Shown: positions 43,506 to 59,118, counted from the stretch's first letter. The stretch is DNA of 64,000 nt from Eledone cirrhosa (GCA_964016885.1 OZ024764.1:2728001-2792000); one strand, 5' to 3'. Notes: generated by a model not told the origin, from the letters alone. A program made the numbers and translations.

Positions 43506-44348
43506 TTAAGCCTTTAGCATTTAAACTGGCCATATCTAGCCAGAATTCTCTCACCTCTTTCTGTTTAAACCAGCTGTAACTGGCCACTCATACTGATGTT
43601 AAGGTATTGTTCTCAAAATAAATAACAACAAAATCTGAGATTTGATATTATGTCAAATAAGGTGTTTTCCGTGAAAATGTAATGGTATCATCATCATCAT
43701 CGTTTAACATCTATCTTCCACGCCAGCATGGGTTAGACGGGAATTGTCCCACTTGAGGCAAGATTGGTCGGGTGACCGTGTCTCGCTCATATAGGACTAT
43801 CTGGTAGGTTTTCTACGGCTGGATGCCCTTCCTAACACCAACCACATTTACAGTGTGGACTGGGAGGTTTTACCGTGTTACCTACACGGCCACATTACAG
43901 TGTGGACTGTGTGTTTTTTGGCGTGACACCTACACAACCTCATTTATTTAGGACTGGGGGTTGTGGTACCAACATAACTTTATAGAGAAAGGGGTGGGGG
44001 AGTTGGGGTAGTGGGATGTGGTATATATTTGGTTAAGAGGTGCCTACTGACTGTAGGTTTTGCTTTGTACATGGGCAAAGCGGGTCTTCTGTATTACTGT
44101 GAAGCGCCAAAGATCTCAGTCCAGTGACATTGTCTTAGAGAGGTGCAAGTGTGTAAGGTCAGAATTTATCAAGTCGTCCCAGGTTTTTCTGGGTCTACCT
44201 ACTCCGTAACTTCCATCAATTTTGATCGCCCTGCACTATTTTTATATATAGAGTCATGTAAATGTTATGTGAGATATTATGTGAGGTAAAGCCTTTACTG
44301 TGAAAATACAATAGTATATATAGAGTAATGTAAATGCTAAAGGGTTAA
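43506..44348 (+). mobile_element. piggyBac-like MITE of the same family with nested SINE/RTE fragments
   Basis: TTAA-GCCTTTAGCATTTA ... TAAATGCTAAAGGG-TTAA; the 5' part is homologous to 26167-26300. Confidence 0.62.
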
Positions 44349-45356
44349 CACTTTCGTTACCATATTTCTAATGAAAGACACTGTTGGTGTTTGGAACATA
44401 ACTTAAAGGTTCTTACATAAAATTATGATAGAAGGTTTTTTAATTTAACATTTTTATTACTATATTTCTAATGAAATACCACCACCACCACCACCACCAC
44501 CACCACCACTACACCACACATGTGACATTTTGTAGTTGACATTCCCAGCTAAGGAAAGTCTGTGTCACCCTAACATTAAGATGGCATAATTTAGATTTTG
44601 ATGGTAATTAACTGTAGTTGACAAAATAACACACACACATATAGTTACACACATATATATAGTTACACACACACACACACACGTATAGTTACACACACAC
44701 TCATATATATAGTTACACACACACACACACAGTTACACACACACACACACACACATATATATAGTTACACACACACTCATATATATAGTTACACACACAC
44801 TCATATATATAGTTACACACACACTCATATATATAGTTACACACAGACACACACACACACGTATAGTTACACACACACACATAGTTACACACACACACAC
44901 ACACAGTTACACACACACACACATATATATAGTTACACACACACACACACGTATAGTTACACACACACTCATATATATAGTTACACACACACACACATAG
45001 TTACACACACACACACACACATATATATAGTTACACACACACTCATATATATAGTTACACACACACACACGTATAGTTACACATGCACATATTTATATAT
45101 GAACAACAAAGCATAAACAAATTGAGAGAGAGAGACTAAGCATAAGAGGAATGAAATGCTGTGTGGAGGAGAGGAGGTTGCGTTGGTATGGACATGTGAT
45201 GTGTATGAGGGATGACAGCGGCATAAAAAGGTGCAGAACACTAGAAGTTGATGGAAACCGCGGAGTGGTGGGACCCAAGAAGACCTGGGATGAGGTGATA
45301 AAAGCTGACCTTGCCCAACTGCACCTCTCAAGAGCAATGACTCAGCACCGTGACAC

Positions 45357-48160
45357 CGGTCCACACTGTAAAGTGGTCATGTAGGTGTCACAACAAAAAG
45401 TACCCAGTCCACACTGTAAAGTGGTCATGTAGGTGTCACAACAAAAAGTACCCAGTCCACACTGTAAAGTGGTCATGTAGGTGTCACAACAAAAAGTACC
45501 CAGTCCACACTGTAAAGTGGTCATGTAGGTGTCACAACATAAAGTACCCAGTCCACACTGTAAAGTGGTCATGTAGGTGTCACAACATAAAGTACCCAGT
45601 CCACACTGTAAAGTGGTCATGTAGGTGTCACAACAAAAAGTACCCAGTCCACACTGCAAAGTGGTCATGTAGGTGTCACAACAAAAAGTACCCAGTCCAC
45701 ACTGTAAAGTGGTCATGTAGGTGTCACAACAAAAAGTACCCAGTCCACACTGTAAAGTGGTCATGTAGGTGTCACAACATAAAGTACCCAGTCCACACTG
45801 TAAAGTGGTCATGTAGGTGTCACAACATAAAGTACCCAGTCCACACTGTAAAGTGGTCATGTAGGTGTCACAACAAAAAGTACCCAGTCCACACTGTAAA
45901 GTGGTCATGTAGGTGTCACAACAAAAAGTACCCAGTCCACACTGTAAAGTGGTCATGTAGGTGTCACAACAAAAAGTACCCAGTCCACACTGTAAAGTGG
46001 TCATGTAGATGTCACAACAAAATGCTCCCAGTCCACACTGTAAAGTGGTCATGTAGGTGTCACAACAAAAAGTACCCAGTCCACACTGTGAAGTGATCAT
46101 GTAGGTATCACAACAAAAAGTACCCAGTCCACACTGTAAAGTGGTCATGTAGGTGTCACAACAAAAAGTACCCAGTCCACACTGTAAAGTGGTCATGTAG
46201 GTGTCACAACAAAAAGTACCCAGTCCACACTGTAAGGTGGTCATGTAGGTGTCACAACAAAAAGTACCCAGTCCACACTGTAAAGTGGTCATGTAGGTGT
46301 CACAACAAAAATTACCCAGTCCACACTGTAAAAGTGGTCATGTAGGTGTCACAACAAAAAATACCCAGTCCACACTGTAAAGTGGTCATGTAGGTGTCAC
46401 AACAAAAAGTACCCAGTCCACACTGTAAAGTGGTCATGGAGGTGTCACAACAAACAACACCCAGTCCACACTGTAAAGTGGTCATGTAGGTGTCACAACA
46501 AAAAGCACCCAGTCTACACTGTAAAGTGGTCATGTAGGTGTCACAACAAAAAGCACCCAGTCCACACTGTAAAGTGGTCATGTAGGTGTCACAACAAAAA
46601 GTACCCAGTCCACACTGTAAAGTGGTCATGTAGGTGTCACAACAAACAGCACCCAGTCCACACTGTAAAGTGGTCATGTAGGTGTCACAACAAAAAGCAC
46701 CCAGTCCACACTGTAAAGTGGTCATGTAGGTGTCACAACAAAAAGTACCCAGTCCACACTGTAAAGTGGTCATGTAGGTGTCACAACAAACAGCACCCAG
46801 TCCACACTGTAAAGTGGTCATGTAGGTGTCACAACAAAAAGTACCCAGTCCACACTGTAAAGTTGTCGTGTAGGTGTCACAACAAAAAGTACCCAGTCCA
46901 CACTGTAAAGTGGTCATGTAGGTGTCACAACAAAAAGTACCCAGTCCACACTGTAAAGTGGTCATGTAGGTGTCACAACAAAAAGCACCCAGTCCACACT
47001 GTAAAGTGGTCATGTAGGTGTCACAACAAAAAGTACCCAGTCCACACTGTAAAGTGGTCATGTAGGTGTCACAACAAACAGCACCCAGTCCACACTGTAA
47101 AGTGGTCATGTAGGTGTCACAACAAAAAGTACCCAGTCCACACTGTAAAGTTGTCGTGTAGGTGTCACAACAAAAAGTACCCAGTCCACACTGTAAAGTG
47201 GTCATGTAGGTGTCACAACAAAAAGTACCCAGTCCACACTGTAAAGTTGTCATGTAGGCGTCACAACAAAAAGTACCCAGTCCACACTGTAAAGTGGTCA
47301 TGTAGGTGTCACAACAAACAACACCCAGTCCACACTGTAAAGTGGTCATGTAGGTGTCACAACAAAAAGTACCCAGTCCACACTGTAAAGTTGTCATGTA
47401 GGTGTCACAACAAAAAGTACCCAGTCCACACTGTAAAGTGGTCATGTAGGTGTCACAACAAACAACACCTAGTCCACACTGTAAAGTAGTCATGTAGGTG
47501 TCACAACAAAAAGCACCCCGTCCACACTGTAAAGTGGTCATGTAGGTGTCACAACAAAAAGTACCCAGTCCACACTGTAAAGTGGTCATGTAGGTGTCAC
47601 AACAAAATGTACCGAGATCACACTGTAAAGTGGTCGTGTAGGTGTCACAACAAAAGGTACCCAGTTCACACTGTAAAGTGGTCGTGTAGGTGTCACAACA
47701 AAAAGTACCCAGTCCACACTGTAAAGTGGTCATGTAGGTGTCACAACAAAAGGTACCCATCCACACTGTAAAGTGGTCATGTAGGTGTCACAACAAAAAG
47801 TACCCAGTCCATACTGTAACGTGGTCATGTAGGTGTCACAACAAAAGGAACCCAGTCCACACTGTAAACTGGTCATGTAGGTGTCACAACAAAAAGTACC
47901 CAGTCCACACTGTAAAGTGGTCATGTAGGTGTCACAACAAACAACACCCAGTCCACACTGTAAAGTGGTCATGTAGGTGTCACAACAAACAACACCCAGT
48001 CCACACTGTAAAGTGGTCATGTAGGTGTCACAACAAAAAGTACCCAGTACACGCTGTAAAGTGGTTATGTAAGTGTCACAACAAACAACACCCAGTCCAC
48101 ACTGTAAAGTGGTCATGTAGGTGACAACAAAAAGCACCTAGTGCACACTGTAAAGTGGTC
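45357..48160. repeat. 48-bp minisatellite, about 58 copies, derived from the internal repeat of SINE family C
   Basis: Unit CCAGTCCACACTGTAAAGTGGTCATGTAGGTGTCACAACAAAAAGTAC. Shorter arrays lie at 39283-39470, 49217-49612 and 54603-55095. Confidence 0.93.
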
Positions 48161-48417
48161 AGAGGAGACTGAGATGGTATGGACATGTGATGAGCATGGA
48201 GGATGACCGGTGGGTGTTCAAGTGCCAAGAAATCCCAGTAGAGGGACAACGCAGTAGAGGTAGACCACATGGGCAGAGGTGGTGAGAACAGACCTCAGAT
48301 CGCTGAAGCTCACGGAGGAAATGGCGAAGGACCGTGACAAGTGGAGAGATGCTGTGCTGAAAAAGACCCGTCCCACCCTTGCAAGCAGGGTGGAGCGGAC
48401 GTAAAATGATGATGATG

Positions 48418-48470
<53 letters not shown>

Positions 48471-49871
48471 CAAGTGACTACATTTTTTCTTAAATATTTT
48501 TTTAATTTTAAAATAAATATATATGAAAGAATATATATACATGTAAGAACCTTTGTTAAGTTATGTTCCAAACACCAACAGTGTCTTACATTAGAAATAT
48601 GGTAATGAAAGCATGAAGATTAGAATTAGATGTTAGTCAGTGTCTTCGTCATTTCCTAATTGATATATAGAAAGATTTAGAAGATAGTTGTTAGTGATAT
48701 GATAAGACCAGCACCACCACCACCACCACAACAACAACACCACAACAACAACACCAACAACACCACCAACACCCTAAAGATCCTTTTCAGATATATTAAC
48801 CACTTAAAAAACATTGTTTCAAATAAAATGAGTCACTTTATCTTTGCTAAACATCCTAGCATCTCTCGCTATATACACACACACACACACATATATATAT
48901 GTATATATATGTATATATACAAATATACACACACACACATATATATGTATATATATGATATATATTCAAATATACACACACACATATATATGTATATATA
49001 TGTATATATACAAATATACACACACATTATATATATATAAAGTTGTGAGTTCAATTCTCAGACCGGGTGATGTGTTGTTTCCTTGAGCAAGACACTTTAT
49101 TTCACATTGCTCCAGTTTACTCATCAGTAGAAATGAGATGATAGGGACTGGGGTCCATATCATTCCACTGCAAAGTGGTCGTGGAGGTCCCACGGCAAAA
49201 AAGAACCCAGCACTCACTGTAAAGTGGTCATGTAGGTGTCACAACAAACAACACCCAGTCCACACTGTAAAGTGGTCATGTAGGTGTCATGACAAACAAC
49301 ACCCAGTCCACACTGTAAAGTAGTCATGTAGGTGTCACAACAAACAACACCCAATCCACACTGTAAAGTGGTCATGTAGGTGTCACAACAAAAAGTACCC
49401 AGTACACACTGTAAAGTGGTCATGTAGGTGTCACAACAAACAACACCCAGTCCACACTGTAAAGTGGTCATGTAGGTGTCACAACAAAAAGTACCCAGTA
49501 CACACTGTAAAGTGGTCATGTAGGTGTCACAACAAACAACACCCAGTCCACACTGTAAAGTGGTCATGTAGGTGTCACAACAAAAAGCACCTAGTGCACA
49601 CTGTAAAGTGGTCAGAGGAGACTGAGATGGTATGGACATGTGATGAGCATGGAGGATGACCAGTGGGTGAAGAAGTGCCAAAAAATCCCAGTAGAAGGAC
49701 GACGCAGTAGAGGTAGACCACATGGGCGGAGGTGGTGAGAACAGACCTCAGATCGCTGAAGCTCACGGAGGAAATGATGAAGGTCCGTGACAAGTGGAGA
49801 GATGCTGTGCTGAAAAAGACCCATCCCACCCTTGCAAGCAGGGTGGAGCGGACGTAAAATGATGATGATGA

Positions 49872-49912
<41 letters not shown>

Positions 49913-50659
49913 GACAGGGGGGAAGAAAAAATGGCTTCACTTGTGCTTTCAACAAATTTATTTTCTTCACAAAATCCAAAAAGAATTTTTCTTAAAAAAA
50001 ATTATTTTATAAATTAAGTTGTTGGTTGTTGGTTAGGTCTTAGGAGTTCTTGGTTAACGTAGGAGGTATTGTTTCGTTTTTAGAAAGACCTTTCACGCTG
50101 AGCTGCGCTTGTCAAACTGATGTGTATGTGGTGTGTTGTTCTATATATAGGGATTTAACATGTCTGTGGTGTGGCGGGGGTTTCTTTTCTCCCCCTTTAA
50201 TAAGTGCATGGGTGTAGGTGTGTTGAAAAAGTGTTCATAGCAGTAATGAGTTGAGACGGTGAGTAGGGTTGGGTGGGGAGAAATGTAGCAAATGCGGCCT
50301 GCCCCGGTCATTCTCGAAAAATTCCTTTATTCAGGAGAAAAAGCTTTCAGTATTGCTTTTGTGTTGAGAATGGTCACAGGCAAATCGCACCTGTCAAGTT
50401 TGTGAATAATTTTTTTTATTTTTTTTTATTTTTTTTTAAGAATTTTTCTATGTCCATCCCAAAGTTAGTCCTTTGTTCAACACACACATATGTGTGCATA
50501 TACGTACATACACACACGGGCATATGTAGGAATATATAGGCACACACCATCAATCACACACCCATGTACAAATACATACACAAAAACATATAGAGACACA
50601 TATAAAAACACACATACACATACGTACACACACGAATATTTACTCATACCTCCACATGG

Positions 50660-50690
<31 letters not shown>

Positions 50691-51029
50691 CACATATACA
50701 TACATACATATATATATATATATACATACATATACACACACATACACACACACACACATATATATATACACACAAACACACATATATATATATACACACA
50801 TATACATACATATACATACATACATACATATACATACATATACACACAAAGATACATAATTAAATATACATATATACACATACACGCACACATACACAAA
50901 CACACACACGCACGTGTATACACACACACACACATATACATATGTCCGTATATATACCCCTCCGTTCACACACATGCATACACACACACACATACATCTA
51001 TATACATATACACATATAAAGAGAGAGGC

Positions 51030-51063
<34 letters not shown>

Positions 51064-51250
51064 TATATATATATATATATATATACACATACATACACAT
51101 ACATATACACATATGTACACATAAACACATACAGACACATACACACATACATACATAATATCCATATACACATATATACACATACATATATATATATATA
51201 CACATACATACAAGTACATACATACACACATACATACATACACATACATG

Positions 51251-51282
<32 letters not shown>

Positions 51283-51569
51283 CATACATATATATATACA
51301 TATATATACACATACACACACATACATGCACACATACATATATACATATATATATATGTGCGTACACACGAGCACATAAAGACACATATACACATACACA
51401 TATATATACATATATATACATATACATCTACATACATACATATACACAAACAGAAACATACACATATGTACACACATATATACACATATGCACATACGTA
51501 CACACACACACACACATATATATAGGTACATACACATACATACACACACACATAAACATACATATCTAT

Positions 51570-51610
<41 letters not shown>

Positions 51611-51667
51611 TATATATACAAACATACACATACATACATGTACATATATACATATATACACACATAC

Positions 51668-51705
<38 letters not shown>

Positions 51706-51709
<4 letters not shown>

Positions 51710-51823
51710 TTAATATAGATGAGATTCTACAGGACTAGAACTGTTTCATTCATTAGAAATCATCAGGAATTTCTAATGAATGAAACAGTCCTAGTCCTGT
51801 AGAATCTCATCTATATTAAAACT
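51706..51823. mobile_element. Foldback with partial hammerhead core
   Basis: Arms of about 55 bp around an 8-nt loop. Minus strand reads CTGATGA-TTTC-TAAT-GAAT-GAAAC. Confidence 0.6.
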
Positions 51824-51890
51824 GTTATACTCTGCTATGTATTGAGTACCTTACTTACTGTGGTTACCTCCGATTCAACCCGGAATAACG

Positions 51891-51926
<36 letters not shown>

Positions 51927-52324
51927 TACAAACATAAACACATCCATACATATGCAATACTAAAAGCTTTTTCTCCTGAATAAAGGAATTTTTCGAGAAT
52001 GACCGGGGCAGGCCGCATTTGCTACATTTCTCCCCACCCAGCCCTACTCACCGTCTCAACTCCTTACTGCTATGAACACTTTTTCAACACACCTACACCC
52101 ATGCACTTATTAAAGGGGGAGAAAAAAAACCCCCACCACACCACAGACATGTTAAATCCCTATATATAGAACAACATATATTTAATTATGTATCTTTATG
52201 TGTGTATATGTATGTATATGTATGTATGTATATGTATGTATATGTGTGTATATATATATATATATGTGTGTTTGTGTGTATATATATATGTGTGTGTGTG
52301 TATGTGTGTGTATATGTATGTATG

Positions 52325-52357
<33 letters not shown>

Positions 52358-52362
52358 ATGTG

Positions 52363-52393
<31 letters not shown>

Positions 52394-53702
52394 CCATGTG
52401 GAGGTATGAGTACATGTTCGTGTGTGTACGTATGTGTATGTGTGTTTTTATATGTGTCTCTATATGTTTTTGTGTATGTATTTGTACATGGGTGTGTGAT
52501 TGATGGTGTGTGCCTATATATTCCTACATATGCCCGTGTGTGTATGTACGTATATGCGCACATATGTGTGTGTTGAACAAAGGACTAACTTTGGGATGGA
52601 CATAGAAAAATTCTTTAAAAAAAAATTTAAAAAAACTAAAAAAAATTATTCACAAACTTGACAGGTGCGATTTGCCTGTGACCATTCTCAACACAAAAGC
52701 AATACTGAAAGCTTTTTCTCCTGAATAAAGGAATTTTTCGAGAATGACCGGGGCAGGCCGCATTTGCTACATTTCTCCCCACCCAACCCTACTCACCGTC
52801 TCAACTCATTACTGCTATGAACACTTTTTCAACACACCTACACCCATGCACTTATTAAAGGGGGAGAAAAGAAACCCCCACCACACCACAGACATGTTAA
52901 ATCCCTATATATAGAACAACACACCACATACACATCAGTTTGACAAGCGCAGCTCAGCGTGAAAGGTCTTTCTAAAAACGAAACAATACCTCCCACGTTA
53001 ACCAAGAACTCCTAAGACCTAACCAACAACCAACAACTTAATTTATAAAATAATTTTTTTTAAGAAAAATTCTTTTTGGATTTTGTGAAGAAAATAAATT
53101 TGTTGAAAGCACAAGTGAAGCCATTTTTTCTTCCCCCCTGTCTTAATATACCTAACTGTACCAAGGATTACACACATTTTCCAATATATATATATATATA
53201 TACGGAATCACCTTCATGACTCACCCACACACACACCCAAAAAAAAAATGTTTTCCCACGCGCCACCTACACCCACAACACGCTTAAACACCACACACAC
53301 GTGCGTTCCGCCACATATTTACACATTCAGCCTCCGGATTCCTCTCCCCCCCCACCCCTCTATCCACACACGCACACACGCTCCGACCTACACCCCACCT
53401 CACACACACCTCTTCCTGAACATGCAACCCCGTTCTTCCCCCAACCCTTGCTTTCACATACACACACACACACACACACGTACACCTACACACACACACA
53501 CCTACAGACACACACCACCTTCCCTCTCCCCACTCCACCCGCCACCACCCCACACCCTTCCACCACCTGTTTTACCCCATTTTAATTTTATTTTGATCAT
53601 GTTTTTATTTTCATTCGCACCGTTTCCTCTCACCCCCTTTTTGCTATATGTCTCTCCACCACTCCCCTACACACCCTTTGAACTCTCTTCCCACACACTT
53701 TT

Positions 53703-53736
53703 CACCTGAAGAAGGGCTTATGCCCGAAACGTCGTT
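53703..53736 (+). ncRNA. Penelope-type hammerhead core (CTGAAGA-A-GGGC-TTAT-GCCC-GAAAC-GTC)
   Basis: Core, stem II and minimal stem III are present but stem I pairs poorly. It lies in a pLTR-like segment followed by AATAAA and (TA)n. Confidence 0.55.
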
Positions 53737-53823
53737 CCCCCACCACCACCCCACTCTCAAGAGCATGAAATTAATAAACATTCGTTGTACTGCCTCTCTG
53801 TTTTGTTCCTGTCCAAATTTTCC

Positions 53824-53858
<35 letters not shown>

Positions 53859-56017
53859 CAAGTGACTACATTTTTTCTTAAATATTTTTTTAATTTTAAA
53901 ATAAATATATATGAAAGAATATATATACATGTAAGAACCTTTGTTAAGTTATGTTCCAAACACCAACAGTGTCTTACATTAGAAATATGGTAATGAAAGC
54001 ATGAAGATTAGAATTAGATGTTAGTCAGTGTCTTCGTCATTTCCTAATTGATATATAGAAAGATTTAGAAGATAGTTGTTAGTGATATGATAAGACCAGC
54101 ACCACCACCACCACCACAACAACAACACCACAACAACAACACCAACAACACCACCAACACCCTAAAGATCCTTTTCAGATATATTAACCACTTAAAAAAC
54201 ATTGTTTCAAATAAAATGAGTCACTTTATCTTTGCTAAACATCCTAGCATCTCTCGCTATATACACACACACACACACATATATATATGTATATATATGT
54301 ATATATACAAATATACACACACACACATATATATGTATATATATGATATATATTCAAATATACACACACACATATATATGTATATATATGTATATATACA
54401 AATATACACACACATTATATATATATAAAGTTGTGAGTTCAATTCTCAGACCGGGTGATGTGTTGTTTCCTTGAGCAAGACACTTTATTTCACATTGCTC
54501 CAGTTTACTCATCAGTAGAAATGAGATGATAGGGACTGGGGTCCATATCATTCCACTGCAAAGTGGTCGTGGAGGTCCCACGGCAAAAAAGCACCCAGCA
54601 CTCACTGTAAAGTGGTCGTGGAGGTGTCACAACAAAAAGCACCCAGTCCACACTGTAAAGTGGTCATGTAGGTGTCACAACAAACAACACCCAGTCCACA
54701 CTGTAAAGTGGTCATGTAGGTGTCATGACAAACAACACCCAGTCCACACTGTAAAGTGGTCATGTAGGTGTCACAACAAACAACACCCAGTCCACACTGT
54801 AAAGTGGTCATGTAGGTGTCACAACAAACAACACCCAATCCACACTGTAAAGTGGTCATGTAGGTGTCACAACAAAAAGTACCCAGTCCACACTGTAAAG
54901 TGGTCATGTAGGTGTCACAACAAAAAGTACCCAGTCCACACTGTAAAGTGGTCATGTAGGTGTCACAGCAAAAAACACCCAGTCCACACTGTAAAGTGGT
55001 CATGTAGGTGTCACAACAAAAAGTACCCAGTACACACTGTAAAGTGGTCATGTAGGTGACAACAAAAAGCACCTAGTGCACACTGTAAAGTGGTCAGAGG
55101 AGACTGAGATGGTATGGACATGTGATGAGCATGGAGGATGACCGGTGGGTGAAGAAGTGCCAAGAAATCCCAGTAGAAGGACGACGCAGTAGAGGTAGAC
55201 CACATGGGCGGAGGTGGTGAGAACAGACCTCAAGAACTCCTAAGACCTAACCAATTGAAGTCAGAATGCTTTGTGACTTTACTGTCAGAAGCCACTAACA
55301 GCTCTGCCAAGTCACCACTTCTAGCATTTAATAGTAGACCTTGAGCAAAGTTGATTAGATAACATCCATGAGCTTGACTAGACTTCCTTGGGGATACAGC
55401 CAGATCAATTGGAGACAGTTGCTTCTGACAGTAAAGTGAGAAAGTATTCTAACAATTCTGCCAATGCACCACCTCCATCTTTTTATAGGAAACCATTACA
55501 AAATGGGTGGCTTAGTTTTATAGAAGTTCAACTGATTTTTCTAGTGTGGTTTTGAGTGGGTTAGTATTAAGATAGGAAGTTTGTTTCTAGACATTATCTT
55601 GGTATTGGTATTTGTCAATGGGGTGGGGCTGCATTGATGGAATGTGTCAATGGTGAGAGATTATTGTGTTTATTATGTGTCACATGTGTATGGATGTGTG
55701 TGTACATATACAAAATTGTCACTAAACGGAAATTATATGTATATGTGTAGATGTGTATGTATGTATATATATATATATATACACATCCACACATTTACAT
55801 ATCATTTCCGTTTAGTGTCAATTCTTCCATATATATATATATATATATAGATAGGTAAATATACACGGGTGTGTATGATTGTGTATAGAAGATTATATTA
55901 ATAAGAGGAATTCCAACTTTGTCTGATTTACTCGTTTTATTTACAATCCTTTAAAATATATATAATATGGTATTATAATGAAATAGTATGATAGAATATT
56001 AAATTCTAAGTGTTAAT

Positions 56018-56056
56018 TGAGCAAGTACTTTCATGCTTTCGCAATCTTCAGGTTCA
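56018..56056 (-). ncRNA. Minimal hammerhead-like motif abutting a short foldback
   Basis: Minus strand reads TGAAC-CTGAAGA-TTGC-GAAA-GCAT-GAA-AGTACT-T-GCTCA. Stem III is palindromic; stem I has one mismatch. Confidence 0.5.
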
Positions 56057-56136
56057 TAATATGTGGTGACAGTCGAGCTTGCAATTTTCAACTGTTGAAA
56101 ATTGCAGGCCTCGACTGTCACCACATATTATGAACC
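56051..56136. repeat. 86-bp near-perfect hairpin next to (TA)n
   Basis: GGTTCATAATATGTGGTGACAGTCGAG...CTCGACTGTCACCACATATTATGAACC. Confidence 0.75.
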
Positions 56137-57058
<922 letters not shown>

Positions 57059-57059
<1 letters not shown>

Positions 57060-57380
57060 GGAGGCACATGGCTTAGTGTTTAGAGCATTGGCCTTGCAAT
57101 CAAAAGGTTGTGAGTTCAATTCTCAGACCGGGTGATGTGTTGTTTCCTTGAGCAAGACACTTTATTTCACATTGCTCCAGTTTACTCAGCTGTAGAAATG
57201 AGATGATAGGGACTGGGGTCCCTATCATTCCACTGCAAAGTGGTCGTGGCAAAAAAGCCCCCAACACTCACTGTAAATGAGGTTGGTGTTAGGAAGGGCA
57301 TCCAGCTGTAGAGATCAAGCCAGAATCAGTTCCCGTCCCACCCTTGCAAGCAGGGAAAAGCGGACGTAAAATGATGATGA
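57059..57380 (+). mobile_element. SINE family B copy
   Basis: Full-length match to 4383-4730. Confidence 0.8.
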
Positions 57381-57449
57381 TATATACATATATATATATA
57401 TATATTATACATATAAATACACACACATATACATATATACTCTTTTACC

Positions 57450-57762
57450 TGTTCTAGCCATCGGGCTGAGACCATACTGGGGCACCACCCTTGTTGCTGC
57501 ACATTCTATCTCCAGCCTTTGTTGGTTGGCCACTGGTGTAAGAGGGAGTTCGTTGCTGCTGCCCCTTCGTACCGTGCTGTGGGCTGATCCGGGATCCTTG
57601 ATAGCAGGGTGTCGAGATGTTTCTTGAAAACATCCACGGCCACACCATGCAGATCTCTCAGATCCCTCGGCAGCTTGTTGAAGAGTTGACGGCCCTTGAA
57701 CCCCAGGCTATTGCAGTATCTGCTCCTTATTCTAGATGTGGGAGACGGGACCTTTGGCATGT
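57450..57762 (-). mobile_element. CR1-group LINE C-terminal fragment
   Basis: NSLGFKGRQLFNKLPRDLRD..VDVFKKHLDTLL..IPDQP. Confidence 0.65.
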
Positions 57763-57884
57763 GCGCATTTAAACGATGATAATGATACGAGGGAGACTCA
57801 GTCACCCAACCAATCTTGCCTCAAGTGCGACAATCTCATCTAACTGATGTTAGTGTGGAAGATAGATGTTAAATGATAATTATA

Positions 57885-58417
57885 ATAATAATAATGAAAT
57901 TATTGTGTAAAGTGCTCAGGTGCACTACAACTCGTCAATATAGTACATAGAATAATACACAAATGTCAGGGAAGTACATGTGTGTATGTGTTAGCTGTAG
58001 TGTTGGCGGATCTCGGGAAGCATGGAGGCCTTAAAGGATGCAGTGTCTCGACAGCTAACAACTGATGCAGGCAGTTTGTTCCATGCTTCAGCAACTCTGA
58101 GCGTGAAAAAATGTTTCCGAAAGTCATGGGAACTGTGCTGTTTTCTTACTTTGTGGGCATGTCCACGTGTGTTAGACACATGGAAATCGAAAAGGCACTC
58201 AGGGTTGTTGTTGGCAACATGGTTAACAATTTTGTGGGTGTTTACCAAGTCAGTTGCCAGGCGTCGGAGCTTCAATGTATCCATACCCAGGGAAGCAAGG
58301 CGCTCAGAGTATGGTAGATGCCTGATGGAGGGTATTCGCTTGGTTGTACGTCTCTGAACAGTTTCCAGGTGGTCAATGTCCTGAGCAAGATAGGGGTTCC
58401 AGACTGGTGATGCAAAT
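57885..58417 (-). mobile_element. 3' fragment of the same CR1/L2-type LINE
   Basis: Closely matches about 2548-3305 (HDFRKHFFTLRVAEAWNKLP and the 3' UTR). Confidence 0.85.
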
Positions 58418-58602
58418 TGTTTCTACTATTGGCACAAGGCCAGCAATTACCCAGTACATTACTGGTACTTTATTTTATCGACCCCGTTAGGATGAAAGGC
58501 AAAGTTAACCTCGGCGGGATTTGAACTCAGAATGGCAAGGGCCGTAACTCTATGTGTCAAATCATGGTGTCCGACCCTCTACCGATACAGTCAATTCACC
58601 GC
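58418..58602 (-). mobile_element. SINE family A copy
   Basis: Reverse complement of family A. Partial copies also lie at about 31878-31950 and 32035-32090. Confidence 0.72.
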
Positions 58603-58631
58603 CTTGTTAAATGATAATGATATATATATAC

Positions 58632-58680
<49 letters not shown>

Positions 58681-58748
58681 AATACACACACACACGCATA
58701 TACACAAGGACACACACACACATGTATATATATATATACACACACACA

Positions 58749-58796
<48 letters not shown>

Positions 58797-58944
58797 CACA
58801 CATGTATATATATATATATATATACATACATATACACACATGTATATATATATATATATACACATACATATACACACATGTATATATATATATATATATA
58901 CACATACATATACACACATGTATATATATATATATACACACATG

Positions 58945-59000
<56 letters not shown>

Positions 59001-59074
59001 TGTGTCCTTGTGTATGTGTGTGTATGTGTATTTATGTATATATACGCACACACACATATATATATGTATATATG

Positions 59075-59118
<44 letters not shown>

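Larger units (their letters stand above)
48463..55232. repeat. Direct duplication (48463-49750 vs 53851-55232, offset 5388) flanking a roughly 950-bp inverted repeat (49908-50860 vs 52182-53147)
   Basis: Identical ORFs at 48699 and 54087; ORFs 50490(+) and 52186(-) are mirror copies. Confidence 0.88.

Noticed and set aside
45342-48137. Cys-rich repeat ORFs resembling metallothionein or keratin-associated proteins
   Set aside because: A SINE-derived 48-bp minisatellite, open on both strands, with no signal peptide or gene structure.
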